From assembly GCA_043228905.1 (NCBI GenBank), contig JBHGNT010000057.1, positions 1 through 64,000 on the forward strand: a stretch of DNA of 64,000 nucleotides, written 5' to 3'. This DNA is from Azolla caroliniana (Eukaryota > Plantae > Polypodiophyta). A model generated the notes under the pieces. It was not told where the DNA came from. It did not search any database and worked only from the letters and a program-made list of their open reading frames with translations. Made by a program: the position numbers and the translations under genes. Shown piece after piece: positions 12,601 through 27,500 of this stretch (the stretch's first letter is position 1; every line of letters starts with the position of its first letter).

Positions 12601-15600
12601 TCAACTTAGTCCTCAAATTTGGTAATTTCGTCATGTCTCTCGACCTGAGTTTCAAAATCTTGATTTTTTAATTCCATATGATAGCTAGCGTTGTTAGCTT
12701 CGATTCGCATGTTTGAACACAAAAATCCGATATCACACTCTCCAGGTATGAACATTTTAATTTACTCAAGGGTTCCTCTCAACTCCCTCCTCAAATTTGG
12801 TAATTTCGTCATGTCTCTCGACCTGAGTTTCAAAATCTTGATTTTTTAATTCCATATCATAGCTAGCGTTGTTAGCTTCGATTCGCATGTTTGAATACAA
12901 AAATCCGATATCACACGAGCCAGGTATGAACATTTTAATTTACTCAAGGGCTCCTTTGAACTCCCTCCTCAAATGTGGTAATTTCGTCATGTCTCTCGAC
13001 CTGAGCTTCAAAATCTTGATTTTTTAATTCCATCTCATAGCTAGCGTTGTTAGCTTCGATTCGCAAGTTTGAACACAAAAATCCGATATCACACGAGCCA
13101 GGTATGAACATATTTTAATTTACTCAAGGGCTCCTTTGAACTCCCTCCTCAAATGTGGTAATTTCGTCATGTCTCTCGACCTGAGTTTCAAAATCTTGAT
13201 TTTTTAATTCCATATCATAGCTAGCGTTGGTAGCTTCGATTCGCATGTTTGAATACAAAAATCCGATATCACACGAGCCAGGTATGAACATTTTAATTTA
13301 CTCAAGGGCTCCTTTGAACTCCCTCCTCAAATGTGGTAATTTCGTCATGTCTCTCGACCTGAGTTTCAAAATCTTGATTTTTTAATTCCATATCATAGCT
13401 AGCGTTGTTGGCTTCGATTCGCATGTTTGAATACAAAAATCCGATATCACACGAGCCAGGTATGAACATTTTAATTTACTCAAGGGCTCCTTTGAACTCC
13501 CTCCTCAAATGTGGTAATTTCGTCATGTCTCTCGACCTGAGTTTCAAAATCTTGATTTTTTAATTCCATATCATAGCTAGCATTGTTATCTTCGATTCGC
13601 ATGTTTAAACACACAAATCCGATATCACACTCGTCAGGTATGAACATTTTAATTTACTCAAGAGCTCTTGTGAACTCCCTCCTCAAATGTGGTAATTTCG
13701 TCATGTCTCTCGACCTGAGTTTCAAAATCTTGATTTTTTAAGTCCATATCATAGCTAGCGTTGTTAGCTTCGATTCGCAAGTTTGAACACAAAAATCCGA
13801 TATCACACGAGCCAGGTATGAACATTTTACTTTACCTACTAGCTCTTCTCAACTCATTCCTCAAATTTGGTAATTTCGTCATGTCTCTCGACCTGAGTTT
13901 TAAAATCTTGATTTTTTAAGTCCATATGATAGCTAGCGTTGTTAGCTTCGATTCGCATGTTTGAACACAAAAATCCGATATCACACTCGCCAGGTATGAA
14001 CATTTTAATTTACTCAAGGGTTCCTCTCAACTCCCTCCTCAAATTTGGTAATTTCGTCATGTCTCTCGACCTGAGTTTCAAAATCTTGATTTTCTAATTC
14101 CATATCATAGCTAGCGTTGTTAGCTTCGATTCGCATGTTTGAATACAAAAATCCGATATCACACGAGCCAGGTATGAACATTTTAATTTACTCAAGGGCT
14201 CCTTTGAACTCCCTCCTCAAATGTGGTAATTTCGTCATGTCTCTCGACCTGAGTTTCAAAATCTTGATTTTTTAATTCCATATCATAGCTAGCGTTGTTG
14301 GCTTCGATTCGCATGTTTGAATACAAAAATCCGATATCACACGAGCCAGGTATGAACATTTTAATTTACTCAAGGGCTCCTTTGAACTCCCTCCTCAAAT
14401 TTGGTAATTTCGTCATGTATCTCGACCTGAGTTTCAAAATCTTAATTTTTTAATTCCATATCATAGCTAGCGTTGTTAGCTTCGATTCGCATGTTTGAAC
14501 ACCAAAATCCGATATCACACTCGCCAGGTATGAACATTTCAATTTACCTACTAGCTCTTCTCAAGTCCCTCCTCAAATTATGTATTTTCGTCATGTATCT
14601 CGACCTGAGTTTCAAAATCTTAATTTTTTAATTCCATATCATAGCTAGCGTTGTTAGCTTCGATTCGCATGTTTGAACACAAAAATCCGATATCACACTC
14701 GCCAGGTATGAACATTTCAATTTACCTACTAGCTCTTCTCAAGTCCCTCCTCAAATTATGTATTTTCGTCATGTCTCTCGACCTGAGCTTCAAAATCTTG
14801 ATTTTTTAATTCCATATCATAGCTAGCGTTGTTAGCTTCGATTCGCAAGTTTGAACACAAAAATCCGATATCACACGAGCCAGGTATGAACATATTTTAA
14901 TTTACTCAAGGGCTCCTTTGAACTCCCTCCTCAAATGTGGTAATTTCGTCATGTCTCTCGACCTGAGTTTCAAAATCTTGATTTTCTAATTCCATATCAT
15001 AGCTAGCGTTGTTAGCTTCGATTCGCATGTTTGAACACAAAAATCCGATATCACACGAGCCAGGTATGAACATTTTAATTTACTCAAGGGCTCCTCTCAA
15101 CTCCCTGCTCAAATTTGGTAATTTCGTCCTGTCTCTCGACCTGAGCTTCAAAATCTTGATTTTTTAATTCCATATCATAGCCAGCGTTGTTAGCTTCGAT
15201 TCGCAAGTTTGAACACAAAAATCCGATATCACACGAGCCAGGTATGAACATATTTTAATTTACTCAAGGGCTCCTCTCAACTTAGTCCTCAAATTTGGTA
15301 ATTTCGTCATGTCTCTCGACCTGAGTTTCAAAATCTTGATTTTTTAATTCCATATGATAGCTAGCGTTGTTAGCTTCGATTCGCATGTTTGAACACAAAA
15401 ATCCGATATCACACTCGCCAGGTATGAACATTTTAATTTACTCAAGGGTTCCTCTCAACTCCCTCCTCAAATTTGGTAATTTCGTCATGTCTCTCGACCT
15501 GAGTTTCAAAATCTTGATTTTTTAATTCCATATCATAGCTAGCGTTGTTAGCTTCGATTCGCATGTTTGAATACAAAAATCCGATATCACACGAGCCAGG

Positions 15601-18600
15601 TATGAACATTTTAATTTACTCAAGGGCTCCTTTGAACTCCCTCCTCAAATGTGGTAATTTCGTCATGTCTCTCGACCTGAGCTTCAAAATCTTGATTTTT
15701 TAATTCCATCTCATAGCTAGCGTTGTTAGCTTCGATTCGCAAGTTTGAACACAAAAATCCGATATCACACGAGCCAGGTATGAACATATTTTAATTTACT
15801 CAAGGGCTCCTTTGAACTCCCTCCTCAAATGTGGTAATTTCGTCATGTCTCTCGACCTGAGTTTCAAAATCTTGATTTTTTAATTCCATATCATAGCTAG
15901 CGTTGGTAGCTTCGATTCGCATGTTTGAATACAAAAATCCGATATCACACGAGCCAGGTATGAACATTTTAATTTACTCAAGGGCTCCTTTGAACTCCCT
16001 CCTCAAATGTGGTAATTTCGTCATGTCTCTCGACCTGAGTTTCAAAATCTTGATTTTTTAATTCCATATCATAGCTAGCGTTGTTGGCTTCGATTCGCAT
16101 GTTTGAATACAAAAATCCGATATCACACGAGCCAGGTATGAACATTTTAATTTACTCAAGGGCTCCTTTGAACTCCCTCCTCAAATGTGGTAATTTCGTC
16201 ATGTCTCTCGACCTGAGTTTCAAAATCTTGATTTTTTAATTCCATATCATAGCTAGCATTGTTATCTTCGATTCGCATGTTTAAACACACAAATCCGATA
16301 TCACACTCGTCAGGTATGAACATTTTAATTTACTCAAGAGCTCTTGTGAACTCCCTCCTCAAATGTGGTAATTTCGTCATGTCTCTCGACCTGAGTTTCA
16401 AAATCTTGATTTTTTAAGTCCATATCATAGCTAGCGTTGTTAGCTTCGATTCGCAAGTTTGAACACAAAAATCCGATATCACACGAGCCAGGTATGAACA
16501 TTTTACTTTACCTACTAGCTCTTCTCAACTCATTCCTCAAATTTGGTAATTTCGTCATGTCTCTCGACCTGAGTTTTAAAATCTTGATTTTTTAAGTCCA
16601 TATGATAGCTAGCGTTGTTAGCTTCGATTCGCATGTTTGAACACAAAAATCCGATATCACACTCGCCAGGTATGAACATTTTAATTTACTCAAGGGTTCC
16701 TCTCAACTCCCTCCTCAAATTTGGTAATTTCGTCATGTCTCTCGACCTGAGTTTCAAAATCTTGATTTTCTAATTCCATATCATAGCTAGCGTTGTTAGC
16801 TTCGATTCGCATGTTTGAATACAAAAATCCGATATCACACGAGCCAGGTATGAACATTTTAATTTACTCAAGGGCTCCTTTGAACTCCCTCCTCAAATGT
16901 GGTAATTTCGTCATGTCTCTCGACCTGAGTTTCAAAATCTTGATTTTTTAATTCCATATCATAGCTAGCGTTGTTGGCTTCGATTCGCATGTTTGAATAC
17001 AAAAATCCGATATCACACGAGCCAGGTATGAACATTTTAATTTACTCAAGGGCTCCTTTGAACTCCCTCCTCAAATTTGGTAATTTCGTCATGTATCTCG
17101 ACCTGAGTTTCAAAATCTTAATTTTTTAATTCCATATCATAGCTAGCGTTGTTAGCTTCGATTCGCATGTTTGAACACAAAAATCCGATATCACACTCGC
17201 CAGGTATGAACATTTCAATTTACCTACTAGCTCTTCTCAAGTCCCTCCTCAAATTATGTATTTTCGTCATGTCTCTCGACCTGAGCTTCAAAATCTTGAT
17301 TTTTTAATTCCATATCATAGCTAGCGTTGTTAGCTTCGATTCGCAAGTTTGAACACAAAAATCCGATATCACACGAGCCAGGTATGAACATATTTTAATT
17401 TACTCAAGGGCTCCTTTGAACTCCCTCCTCAAATGTGGTAATTTCGTCATGTCTCTCGACCTGAGTTTCAAAATCTTGATTTTTTAATTCCATATGATAG
17501 CTAGCGTTGTTAGCTTCGATTCGCATGTTTGAACACAAAAATCCGATATCACACGAGCCAGGTATGAACATTTTAATTTACTCAAGGGCTCCTCTCAACT
17601 CCCTGCTCAAATTTGGTAATTTCGTCCTGTCTCTCGACCTGAGCTTCAAAATCTTGATTTTTTAATTCCATATCATAGCCAGCGTTGTTAGCTTCGATTC
17701 GCAAGTTTGAACACAAAAATCCGATATCACACGAGCCAGGTATGAACATATTTTAATTTACTCAAGGGCTCCTCTCAACTTAGTCCTCAAATTTGGTAAT
17801 TTCGTCATGTCTCTCGACCTGAGTTTCAAAATCTTGATTTTTTAATTCCATATGATAGCTAGCGTTGTTAGCTTCGATTCGCATGTTTGAACACAAAAAT
17901 CCGATATCACACTCGCCAGGTATGAACATTTTAATTTACTCAAGGGTTCCTCTCAACTCCCTCCTCAAATTTGGTAATTTCGTCATGTCTCTCGACCTGA
18001 GTTTCAAAATCTTGATTTTTTAATTCCATATCATAGCTAGCGTTGTTAGCTTCGATTCGCATGTTTGAATACAAAAATCCGATATCACACGAGCCAGGTA
18101 TGAACATTTTAATTTACTCAAGGGCTCCTTTGAACTCCCTCCTCAAATGTGGTAATTTCGTCATGTCTCTCGACCTGAGCTTCAAAATCTTGATTTTTTA
18201 ATTCCATCTCATAGCTAGCGTTGTTAGCTTCGATTCGCAAGTTTGAACACAAAAATCCGATATCACACGAGCCAGGTATGAACATATTTTAATTTACTCA
18301 AGGGCTCCTTTGAACTCCCTCCTCAAATGTGGTAATTTCGTCATGTCTCTCGACCTGAGTTTCAAAATCTTGATTTTTTAATTCCATATCATAGCTAGCG
18401 TTGGTAGCTTCGATTCGCATGTTTGAATACAAAAATCCGATATCACACGAGCCAGGTATGAACATTTTAATTTACTCAAGGGCTCCTTTGAACTCCCTCC
18501 TCAAATGTGGTAATTTCGTCATGTCTCTCGACCTGAGTTTCAAAATCTTGATTTTTTAATTCCATATCATAGCTAGCGTTGTTGGCTTCGATTCGCATGT

Positions 18601-20600
18601 TTGAATACAAAAATCCGATATCACACGAGCCAGGTATGAACATTTTAATTTACTCAAGGGCTCCTTTGAACTCCCTCCTCAAATGTGGTAATTTCGTCAT
18701 GTCTCTCGACCTGAGTTTCAAAATCTTGATTTTTTAATTCCATATCATAGCTAGCATTGTTATCTTCGATTCGCATGTTTAAACACACAAATCCGATATC
18801 ACACTCGTCAGGTATGAACATTTTAATTTACTCAAGAGCTCTTGTGAACTCCCTCCTCAAATGTGGTAATTTCGTCATGTCTCTCGACCTGAGTTTCAAA
18901 ATCTTGATTTTTTAAGTCCATATCATAGCTAGCGTTGTTAGCTTCGATTCGCAAGTTTGAACACAAAAATCCGATATCACACGAGCCAGGTATGAACATT
19001 TTACTTTACCTACTAGCTCTTCTCAACTCATTCCTCAAATTTGGTAATTTCGTCATGTCTCTCGACCTGAGTTTTAAAATCTTGATTTTTTAAGTCCATA
19101 TGATAGCTAGCGTTGTTAGCTTCGATTCGCATGTTTGAACACAAAAATCCGATATCACACTCGCCAGGTATGAACATTTTAATTTACTCAAGGGTTCCTC
19201 TCAACTCCCTCCTCAAATTTGGTAATTTCGTCATGTCTCTCGACCTGAGTTTCAAAATCTTGATTTTCTAATTCCATATCATAGCTAGCGTTGTTAGCTT
19301 CGATTCGCATGTTTGAATACAAAAATCCGATATCACACGAGCCAGGTATGAACATTTTAATTTACTCAAGGGCTCCTTTGAACTCCCTCCTCAAATGTGG
19401 TAATTTCGTCATGTCTCTCGACCTGAGTTTCAAAATCTTGATTTTTTAATTCCATATCATAGCTAGCGTTGTTGGCTTCGATTCGCATGTTTGAATACAA
19501 AAATCCGATATCACACGAGCCAGGTATGAACATTTTAATTTACTCAAGGGCTCCTTTGAACTCCCTCCTCAAATTTGGTAATTTCGTCATGTATCTCGAC
19601 CTGAGTTTCAAAATCTTAATTTTTTAATTCCATATCATAGCTAGCGTTGTTAGCTTCGATTCGCATGTTTGAACACAAAAATCCGATATCACACTCGCCA
19701 GGTATGAACATTTCAATTTACCTACTAGCTCTTCTCAAGTCCCTCCTCAAATTATGTATTTTCGTCATGTCTCTCGACCTGAGCTTCAAAATCTTGATTT
19801 TTTAATTCCATATCATAGCTAGCGTTGTTAGCTTCGATTCGCAAGTTTGAACACAAAAATCCGATATCACACGAGCCAGGTATGAACATATTTTAATTTA
19901 CTCAAGGGCTCCTTTGAACTCCCTCCTCAAATGTGGTAATTTCGTCATGTCTCTCGACCTGAGTTTCAAAAGCTTGATTTTTTAATTCCATATGATAGCT
20001 AGCGTTGTTAGCTTCGATTCGCATGTTTGAACACAAAAATCCGATATCACACGAGCCAGGTATGAACATTTTAATTTACTCAAGGGCTCCTCTCAACTCC
20101 CTGCTCAAATTTGGTAATTTCGTCCTGTCTCTCGACCTGAGCTTCAAAATCTTGATTTTTTAATTCCATATCATAGCCAGCGTTGTTAGCTTCGATTCGC
20201 AAGTTTGAACACAAAAATCCGATATCACACGAGCCAGGTATGAACATATTTTAATTTACTCAAGGGCTCCTCTCAACTTAGTCCTCAAATTTGGTAATTT
20301 CGTCATGTCTCTCGACCTGAGTTTCAAAATCTTGATTTTTTAATTCCATATGATAGCTAGCGTTGTTAGCTTCGATTCGCATGTTTGAACACAAAAATCC
20401 GATATCACACTCGCCAGGTATGAACATTTTAATTTACTCAAGGGTTCCTCTCAACTCCCTCCTCAAATTTGGTAATTTCGTTATGTCTCTCGACCTGAGT
20501 TTCAAAATCTTGATTTTTTAATTCCATATCATAGCTAGCGTTGTTAGCTTCGATTCGCATGTTTGAATACAAAAATCCGATATCACACGAGCCAGGTATG
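3622..20600. repeat. 14-monomer higher-order repeat (2498 bp) domain
   Basis: Marker AACTTAGTCC at 3683, 6181, 8679, 12603, 15279, 17777, 20275. Spacings are 2498, 2498, 3924, 2676, 2498, 2498; 2498 = 11x178 + 3x180. Right boundary approximate. Confidence 0.9.
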
Positions 20601-23600
20601 AACATTTTAATTTACTCAAGGGCTCCTTTGAACTCCCTCCTCAAATGTGGTAATTTCGTCATGTCTCTCGACCTGAGTTTCAAAATCTTGATTTTTTAAG
20701 TCCATATCATAGCTAGCGTTGTTAGCTTCGATTCGCAAGTTTGAACACAAAAATCCGATATCACACTCGCCAGGTATGAACATTTTAATTTACTCAAGGG
20801 CTCCTCTCAACTCCCTGCTCAAATTTGGTAATTTCGTCATGTCTCTCGACCTGAGTTTCAAAATCTTGATTTTTTAATTCCATATCATAGCTAGCATTGT
20901 TATCTTCGATTCGCATGTTTGAACACACAAATCCGATATCACACTCGCCAGGTATGAACATTTTAATTTACTCAAGAGCTCTTGTGAACTCCCTCCTCAA
21001 ATGTGGTAATTTCGTCATGTCTCTCGACCTGAGTTTCAAAAGCTTGATTTTTTAATTCCAGATCATAGCTAGCGTTGTTAGCTTCGATTCGCATGTTTGA
21101 ACAGAAAAATCCGATATCACACTCGCCAGGTATGAACATTTTAATTTACCTACTAGCTCTTCTCAACTCATTCCTCAAATTTGGTAATTTCGTCATGTCT
21201 CTCGACCTGAGTTTTAAAATCTTGATTTTTTAATTCCATATCATAGCTAGCGTTGTTAGCTTCGATTCGCAAGTTTGAACACAAAAATCCGATATCACAC
21301 GAGCCAGGTATGAACATTTTAATTTACTCAAGGGCTTCTCTCAACTCCCTGCTCAAATTTGGTAATTTCGTCCTGTCTCTCGACCTGAGCTTCAAAATCT
21401 TGATTTTTTAATTCCATATCATAGCTAGCGTTGTTAGCTTCGATTCGCAAGTTTGAACACAAAAATCCGATATCACACGAGCCAGGTATGAACATATTTT
21501 AATTTACTCAAGGGCTCCTTTGAACTCCCTCCTCAAATGTGGTAATTTCGTCATGTCTCTCGACCTGAGTTTCAAAAGCTTGATTTTTTAAATCCATATG
21601 ATAGCTAGCGTTGTTAGCTTCGATTCGCATGTTTGAACACAAAAATCCGATATCACACGAGCCAGGTATGAACATTTTAATTTACTCAAGGGCTCCTCTC
21701 AACTCCCTGCTCAAATTTGGTAATTTCGTCCTGTCTCTCGACCTGAGCTTCAAAATCTTGATTTTTTAATTCCATATCATAGCCAGCGTTGTTAGCTTCG
21801 ATTCGCAAGTTTGAACACAAAAATCCGATATCACACGAGCCAGGTATGAACATATTTTAATTTACTCAAGGGCTCCTCTCAACTTAGTCCTCAAATTTGG
21901 TAATTTCGTCATGTCTCTCGACCTGAGTTTCAAAATCTTGATTTTTTAATTCCATATGATAGCTAGCGTTGTTAGCTTCGATTCGCATGTTTGAACACAA
22001 AAATCCGATATCACACTCGCCAGGTATGAACATTTTAATTTACTCAAGGGTTCCTCTCAACTCCCTCCTCAAATTTGGTAATTTCGTCATGTCTCTCGAC
22101 CTGAGTTTCAAAATCTTGATTTTTTAATTCCATATCATAGCTAGCGTTGTTAGCTTCGATTCGCAAGTTTGAACACAAAAATCCGATATCACACGAGCCA
22201 GGTATGAACATATTTTAATTTACTCAAGGGCTCCTCTCAACTTAGTCCTCAAATTTGGTAATTTCGTCATGTCTCTCGACCTGAGTTTCAAAATCTTGAT
22301 TTTTTAATTCCATATCATAGCTAGCGTTGTTAGCTTCAATTCGCATGTTTGAACACAAAAATCCGATATCACACTCGCCAGGTATGAACATTTTAATTTA
22401 CTCAAGGGTTCCTCTCAACTCCCTCCTCAAATTTGGTAATTTCGTCATGTCTCTCGACCTGAGTTTCAAAATCTTGATTTTTTAATTCCATATCATAGCT
22501 AGCGTTGTTAGCTTCGATTCGCATGTTTGAATACAAAAATCCGATATCACACGAGCCAGGTATGAACATTTTAATTTACTCAAGGGCTCCTTTGAACTCC
22601 CTCCTCAAATGTGGTAATTTCGTCATGTCTCTCGACCTGAGTTTCAAAATCTTGATTTTTTAAGTCCATATCATAGCTAGCGTTGTTAGCTTCGATTCGC
22701 AAGTTTGAACACAAAAATCCGATATCACACTCGCCAGGTATGAACATTTTAATTTACTCAAGGGCTCCTCTCAACTCCCTGCTCAAATTTGGTAATTTCG
22801 TCATGTCTCTCGACCTGAGTTTCAAAATCTTGATTTTTTAATTCCATATCGTAGCTAGCATTGTTATCTTCGATTCGCATGTTTGAACACACAAATCCGA
22901 TATCACACTCGCCAGGTATGAACATTTTAATTTACTCAAGAGCTCTTGTGAACTCCCTCCTCAAATGTGGTAATTTCGTCATGTCTCTCGACCTGAGTTT
23001 CAAAAGCTTGATTTTTTAATTCCATATCATAGCTAGCGTTGTTAGCTTCGATTCGCATGTTTGAACACAAAAATCCGATATCACACTCGCCAGGTATGAA
23101 CATTTTAATTTACCTACTAGCTCTTCTCAACTCATTCCTCAAATTTGGTAATTTCGTCATGTCTCTCGACCTGAGTTTTAAAATCTTGATTTTTTAATTC
23201 CATATCATAGCTAGCGTTGTTAGCTTCGATTCGCAAGTTTGAACACAAAAATCCGATATCACACGAGCCAGGTATGAACATTTTAATTTACTCAAGGGCT
23301 CCTTTAAAGTCCCTCCTCAACTGTGGTAATTTCGTCATGGCTCTCGACCTGAGTTTTAAAATCTTGATTTTTTAATTCCATATCATAGCTAGCGTTGTTA
23401 GCTTCGATTCGCAAGTTTGAACACAAAAATCCGATATCACACGAGCCAAGTATGAACATTTTAATTTACTCAAGGGCTCCTCTCAACTCCCTGCTCAAAT
23501 TATGTAATTTCGTCATGTCTCTCGACCTGAGTTTCAAAATCTTGATTTTTTAATTCCATATGATAGCTAGCGTTCTTAGCTTCGATTCGCATGTTTGAAC

Positions 23601-24599
23601 ACAAAAATCCGATATCACACGAGCCAGGTATGAACATTTTAATTTACTCAAGGGCTCCTTTGAACTCCCTCCTCAAATTTGGTAATTTCGTCATGTATCT
23701 CGACCTGAGTTTCAAAATCTTCATTTTTTAATTCCATATCATAGCTAGCGTTGTTAGCTTCGATTCGCATGTTTGAATACAAAAATCCGATATCACACTC
23801 GCCAGGTATGAACATTTTAATTTACCTACTAGCTCTTCTCAAGTCCCTCCTCAAATTATGTAATTTCGTCATGTCTCTCGACCTGAGCTTCAAAATCTTG
23901 ATTTTTTAATTCCATATCATAGCTAGCGTTGTTAGCTTCGATTCGCAAGTTTGAACACAAAAATCCGATATCACACGAGCCAGGTATGAACATTTTAATT
24001 TACCTACTAGCTCTTCTCAACTCATTCCTCAAATTTGGTAATTTCGTCATGTCTCTCGACCTGAGTTTAAAAATCTTGATTTTTTAATTCCATATCATAG
24101 CTAGCGTTGTTAGCTTCGATTCGCATGTTTGAACACAAAAATCCGATATCACACTCGCCAGGTATGAACATTTTAATTTACCTACTAGCTCTTCTCAAGT
24201 CCCTCCTCAAATTATGTAATTTCGTCATGTCTCTCGACCTGAGCTTCAAAATCTTGATTTTTTAATTCCATATCATAGCTAGCGTTGTTAGCTTCGATTC
24301 GCAAGTTTGAACACAAAAATCCGATATCACACGAGCCAGGTATGAACATTTTAATTTACTCAAGGGCTCCTTTGAACTCCCTCCTCAAATGTGGTAATTT
24401 CGTCATGTCTCTCGACCTGAGTTTCAAAATCTTGATTTTTTAATTCCATATCATAGCTAGCGTTGTTAGCTTCGATTCGCAAGTTTGAACACAAAAATCC
24501 GATATCACACGAGCCAGGTATGAACATATTTTAATTTACTCAAGGGCTCCTTTGAACTCCCTCCTCAAATGTGGTAATTTCGTCATGTCTCTTGACCTG

Positions 24600-27500
24600 A
24601 GTTTCAAAATCTTGATTTTTTAATTCCATATGATAGCTAGCGTTGTTAGCTTCGATTCGCGTGTTTGAACACAAAAATCCGATATCACACGAGCCAGGTA
24701 TGAACATTTTAATTTACTCAAGGGCTCCTCTCAACTCCCTGCTCAAATTTGGTAATTTCGTCCTGTCTCTCGACCTGAGTTTCAAAATCTTGATTTTTTA
24801 ATTCCATATCATAGCTAGCGTTGGTAGCTTCGATTCGCATGTTTGAATACAAAAATCCGATATCACACGAGCCAAGTATGAACATTTTAATTTACTCAAG
24901 GGCTCCTTTGAACTCCCTCCTCAAATGTGGTAATTTCGTCATGTCTCTCGACCTGAGTTTCAAAATCTTCATTTTTTAATTCCATATCATAGCTAGCGTT
25001 GTTAGCTTCGATTCGCATGTTTGAACACAAAAATCCGATATCACACTCGCCAGGTATGAACATTTTAATTTACCTACTAGCTCTTCTCAAGTCCCTCCTC
25101 AAATTATGTAATTTCGTCATGTCTCTCGACCTGAGCTTCAAAATCTTGATTTTTTAATTCCATATCATAGCTAGCGTTGTTAGCTTCGATTCGCAAGTTT
25201 GAACACAAAAATCCGATATCACACGAGCCAGGTATGAACATATTTTAATTTACTCAAGGGCTCCTCTCAACTTAGTCCTCAAATTTGGTAATTTCGTCAT
25301 GTCTCTCGACCTGAGTTTCAAAATCTTGATTTTTTAATTCAATATGATAGCTAGCGTTGTTAGCTTCGATTCGCATGTTTGAACACAAAAATCCGATATC
25401 ACACGAGCCAGGTATGAACATATTTTAATTTACTCAAGGGCTCCTCTCAACTCCCTGCTCAAATTTGGTAATTTCGTCATGTCTCTCGACCTGAGTTTCA
25501 AAATCTTGATTTTTTAATTCCATATCATAGCTAGCGTTGTTAGCTTCGATTCGCATGTTTGAACACAAAAATACGATATCACACGAGCCAGGTATGAACA
25601 TTTTAATTTACTCAAGGGTTCCTCTCAACGCCCTCCTCAAATTTGGTAATTTCGTCATGTCTCTCGACCTGAGTTTCAAAATCTTGATTTTTTAATTCCA
25701 TATGATAGCTAGCGTTGTTAGCTTCGATTCGCATGTTTGAACACAAAAATCCGATATCACACGAGCCAGGTATGAACATTTTAATTTACTCAAGGGCTCC
25801 TCTCAACTCCCTGCTCAAATTTGGTAATTTCGTCCTGTCTCTCGACCTGAGTTTCAAAATCTTGATTTTTTAATTCCATATCATAGCTAGCGTTGGTAGC
25901 TTCGATTCGCATGTTTGAATACAAAAATCCGATATCACACGAGCCAAGTATGAACATTTTAATTTACTCAAGGGCTCCTTTGAACTCCCTCCTCAAATGT
26001 GGTAATTTCGTCATGTCTCTCGACCTGAGTTTCAAAATCTTCATTTTTTAATTCCATATCATAGCTAGCGTTGTTAGCTTCGATTCGCATGTTTGAACAC
26101 AAAAATCCGATATCACACTCGCCAGGTATGAACATTTTAATTTACCTACTAGCTCTTCTCAAGTCCCTCCTCAAATTATGTAATTTCGTCATGTCTCTCG
26201 ACCTGAGCTTCAAAATCTTGATTTTTTAATTCCATATCATAGCTAGCGTTGTTAGCTTCGATTCGCAAGTTTGAACACAAAAATCCGATATCACACGAGC
26301 CAGGTATGAACATATTTTAATTTACTCAAGGGCTCCTCTCAACTTAGTCCTCAAATTTGGTAATTTCGTCATGTCTCTCGACCTGAGTTTCAAAATCTTG
26401 ATTTTTTAATTCAATATGATAGCTAGCGTTGTTAGCTTCGATTCGCATGTTTGAACACAAAAATCCGATATCACACGAGCCAGGTATGAACATATTTTAA
26501 TTTACTCAAGGGCTCCTCTCAACTCCCTGCTCAAATTTGGTAATTTCGTCATGTCTCTCGACCTGAGTTTCAAAATCTTGATTTTTTAATTCCATATCAT
26601 AGCTAGCGTTGTTAGCTTCGATTCGCATGTTTGAACACAAAAATACGATATCACACGAGCCAGGTATGAACATTTTAATTTACTCAAGGGTTCCTCTCAA
26701 CGCCCTCCTCAAATTTGGTAATTTCGTCATGTCTCTCGACCTGAGTTTCAAAATCTTGATTTTTTAATTCCTTATCATAGCTAGCGTTGTTAGCTTCGAT
26801 TCGCATGTTTGAATACAAAAATCCGATATCACACGAGCCAGGTATGAACATTTTAATTTACTCAAGGGCTCCTTTGAACTCCCTCCTCAAATGTGGTAAT
26901 TTCGTCATGTCTCTCGACCTGAGTTTCAAAATCTTGATTTTTTAATTCCATATCATAGCTAGCGTTGTTGGCTTCGATTCGCATGTTTGAATACAAAAAT
27001 CCGATATCACACGAGCCAGGTATGAACATTTTAATTTACCTACTAGCTCTTCTCAAGTCCCTCCTCAAATTATGTAATTTCGTCATGTCTCTCGACCTGA
27101 GCTTCAAAATCTTGATTTTTTAATTCCATATCATAGCTAGCGTTGTTAGCTTCAATTCGCATGTTTGAACACAAAAATCCGATATCACACTCGCCAGGTA
27201 TGAACATTTCAATTTACCTACTAGCTCTTCTCAAGTCCCTCCTCAAATTATGTATTTTCGTCATGTCTCTCGACCTGAGCTTCAAAATCTTGATTTTTTA
27301 ATTCCATATCATAGCTAGCGTTGTTAGCTTCGATTCGCAAGTTTGAACACAAAAATCCGATATCACACGAGCCAGGTATGAACATATTTTAATTTACTCA
27401 AGGGCTCCTTTGAACTCCCTCCTCAAATGTGGTAATTTCGTCATGTCTCTCGACCTGAGTTTCAAAATCTTGATTTTTTAATTCCATATGATAGCTAGCG

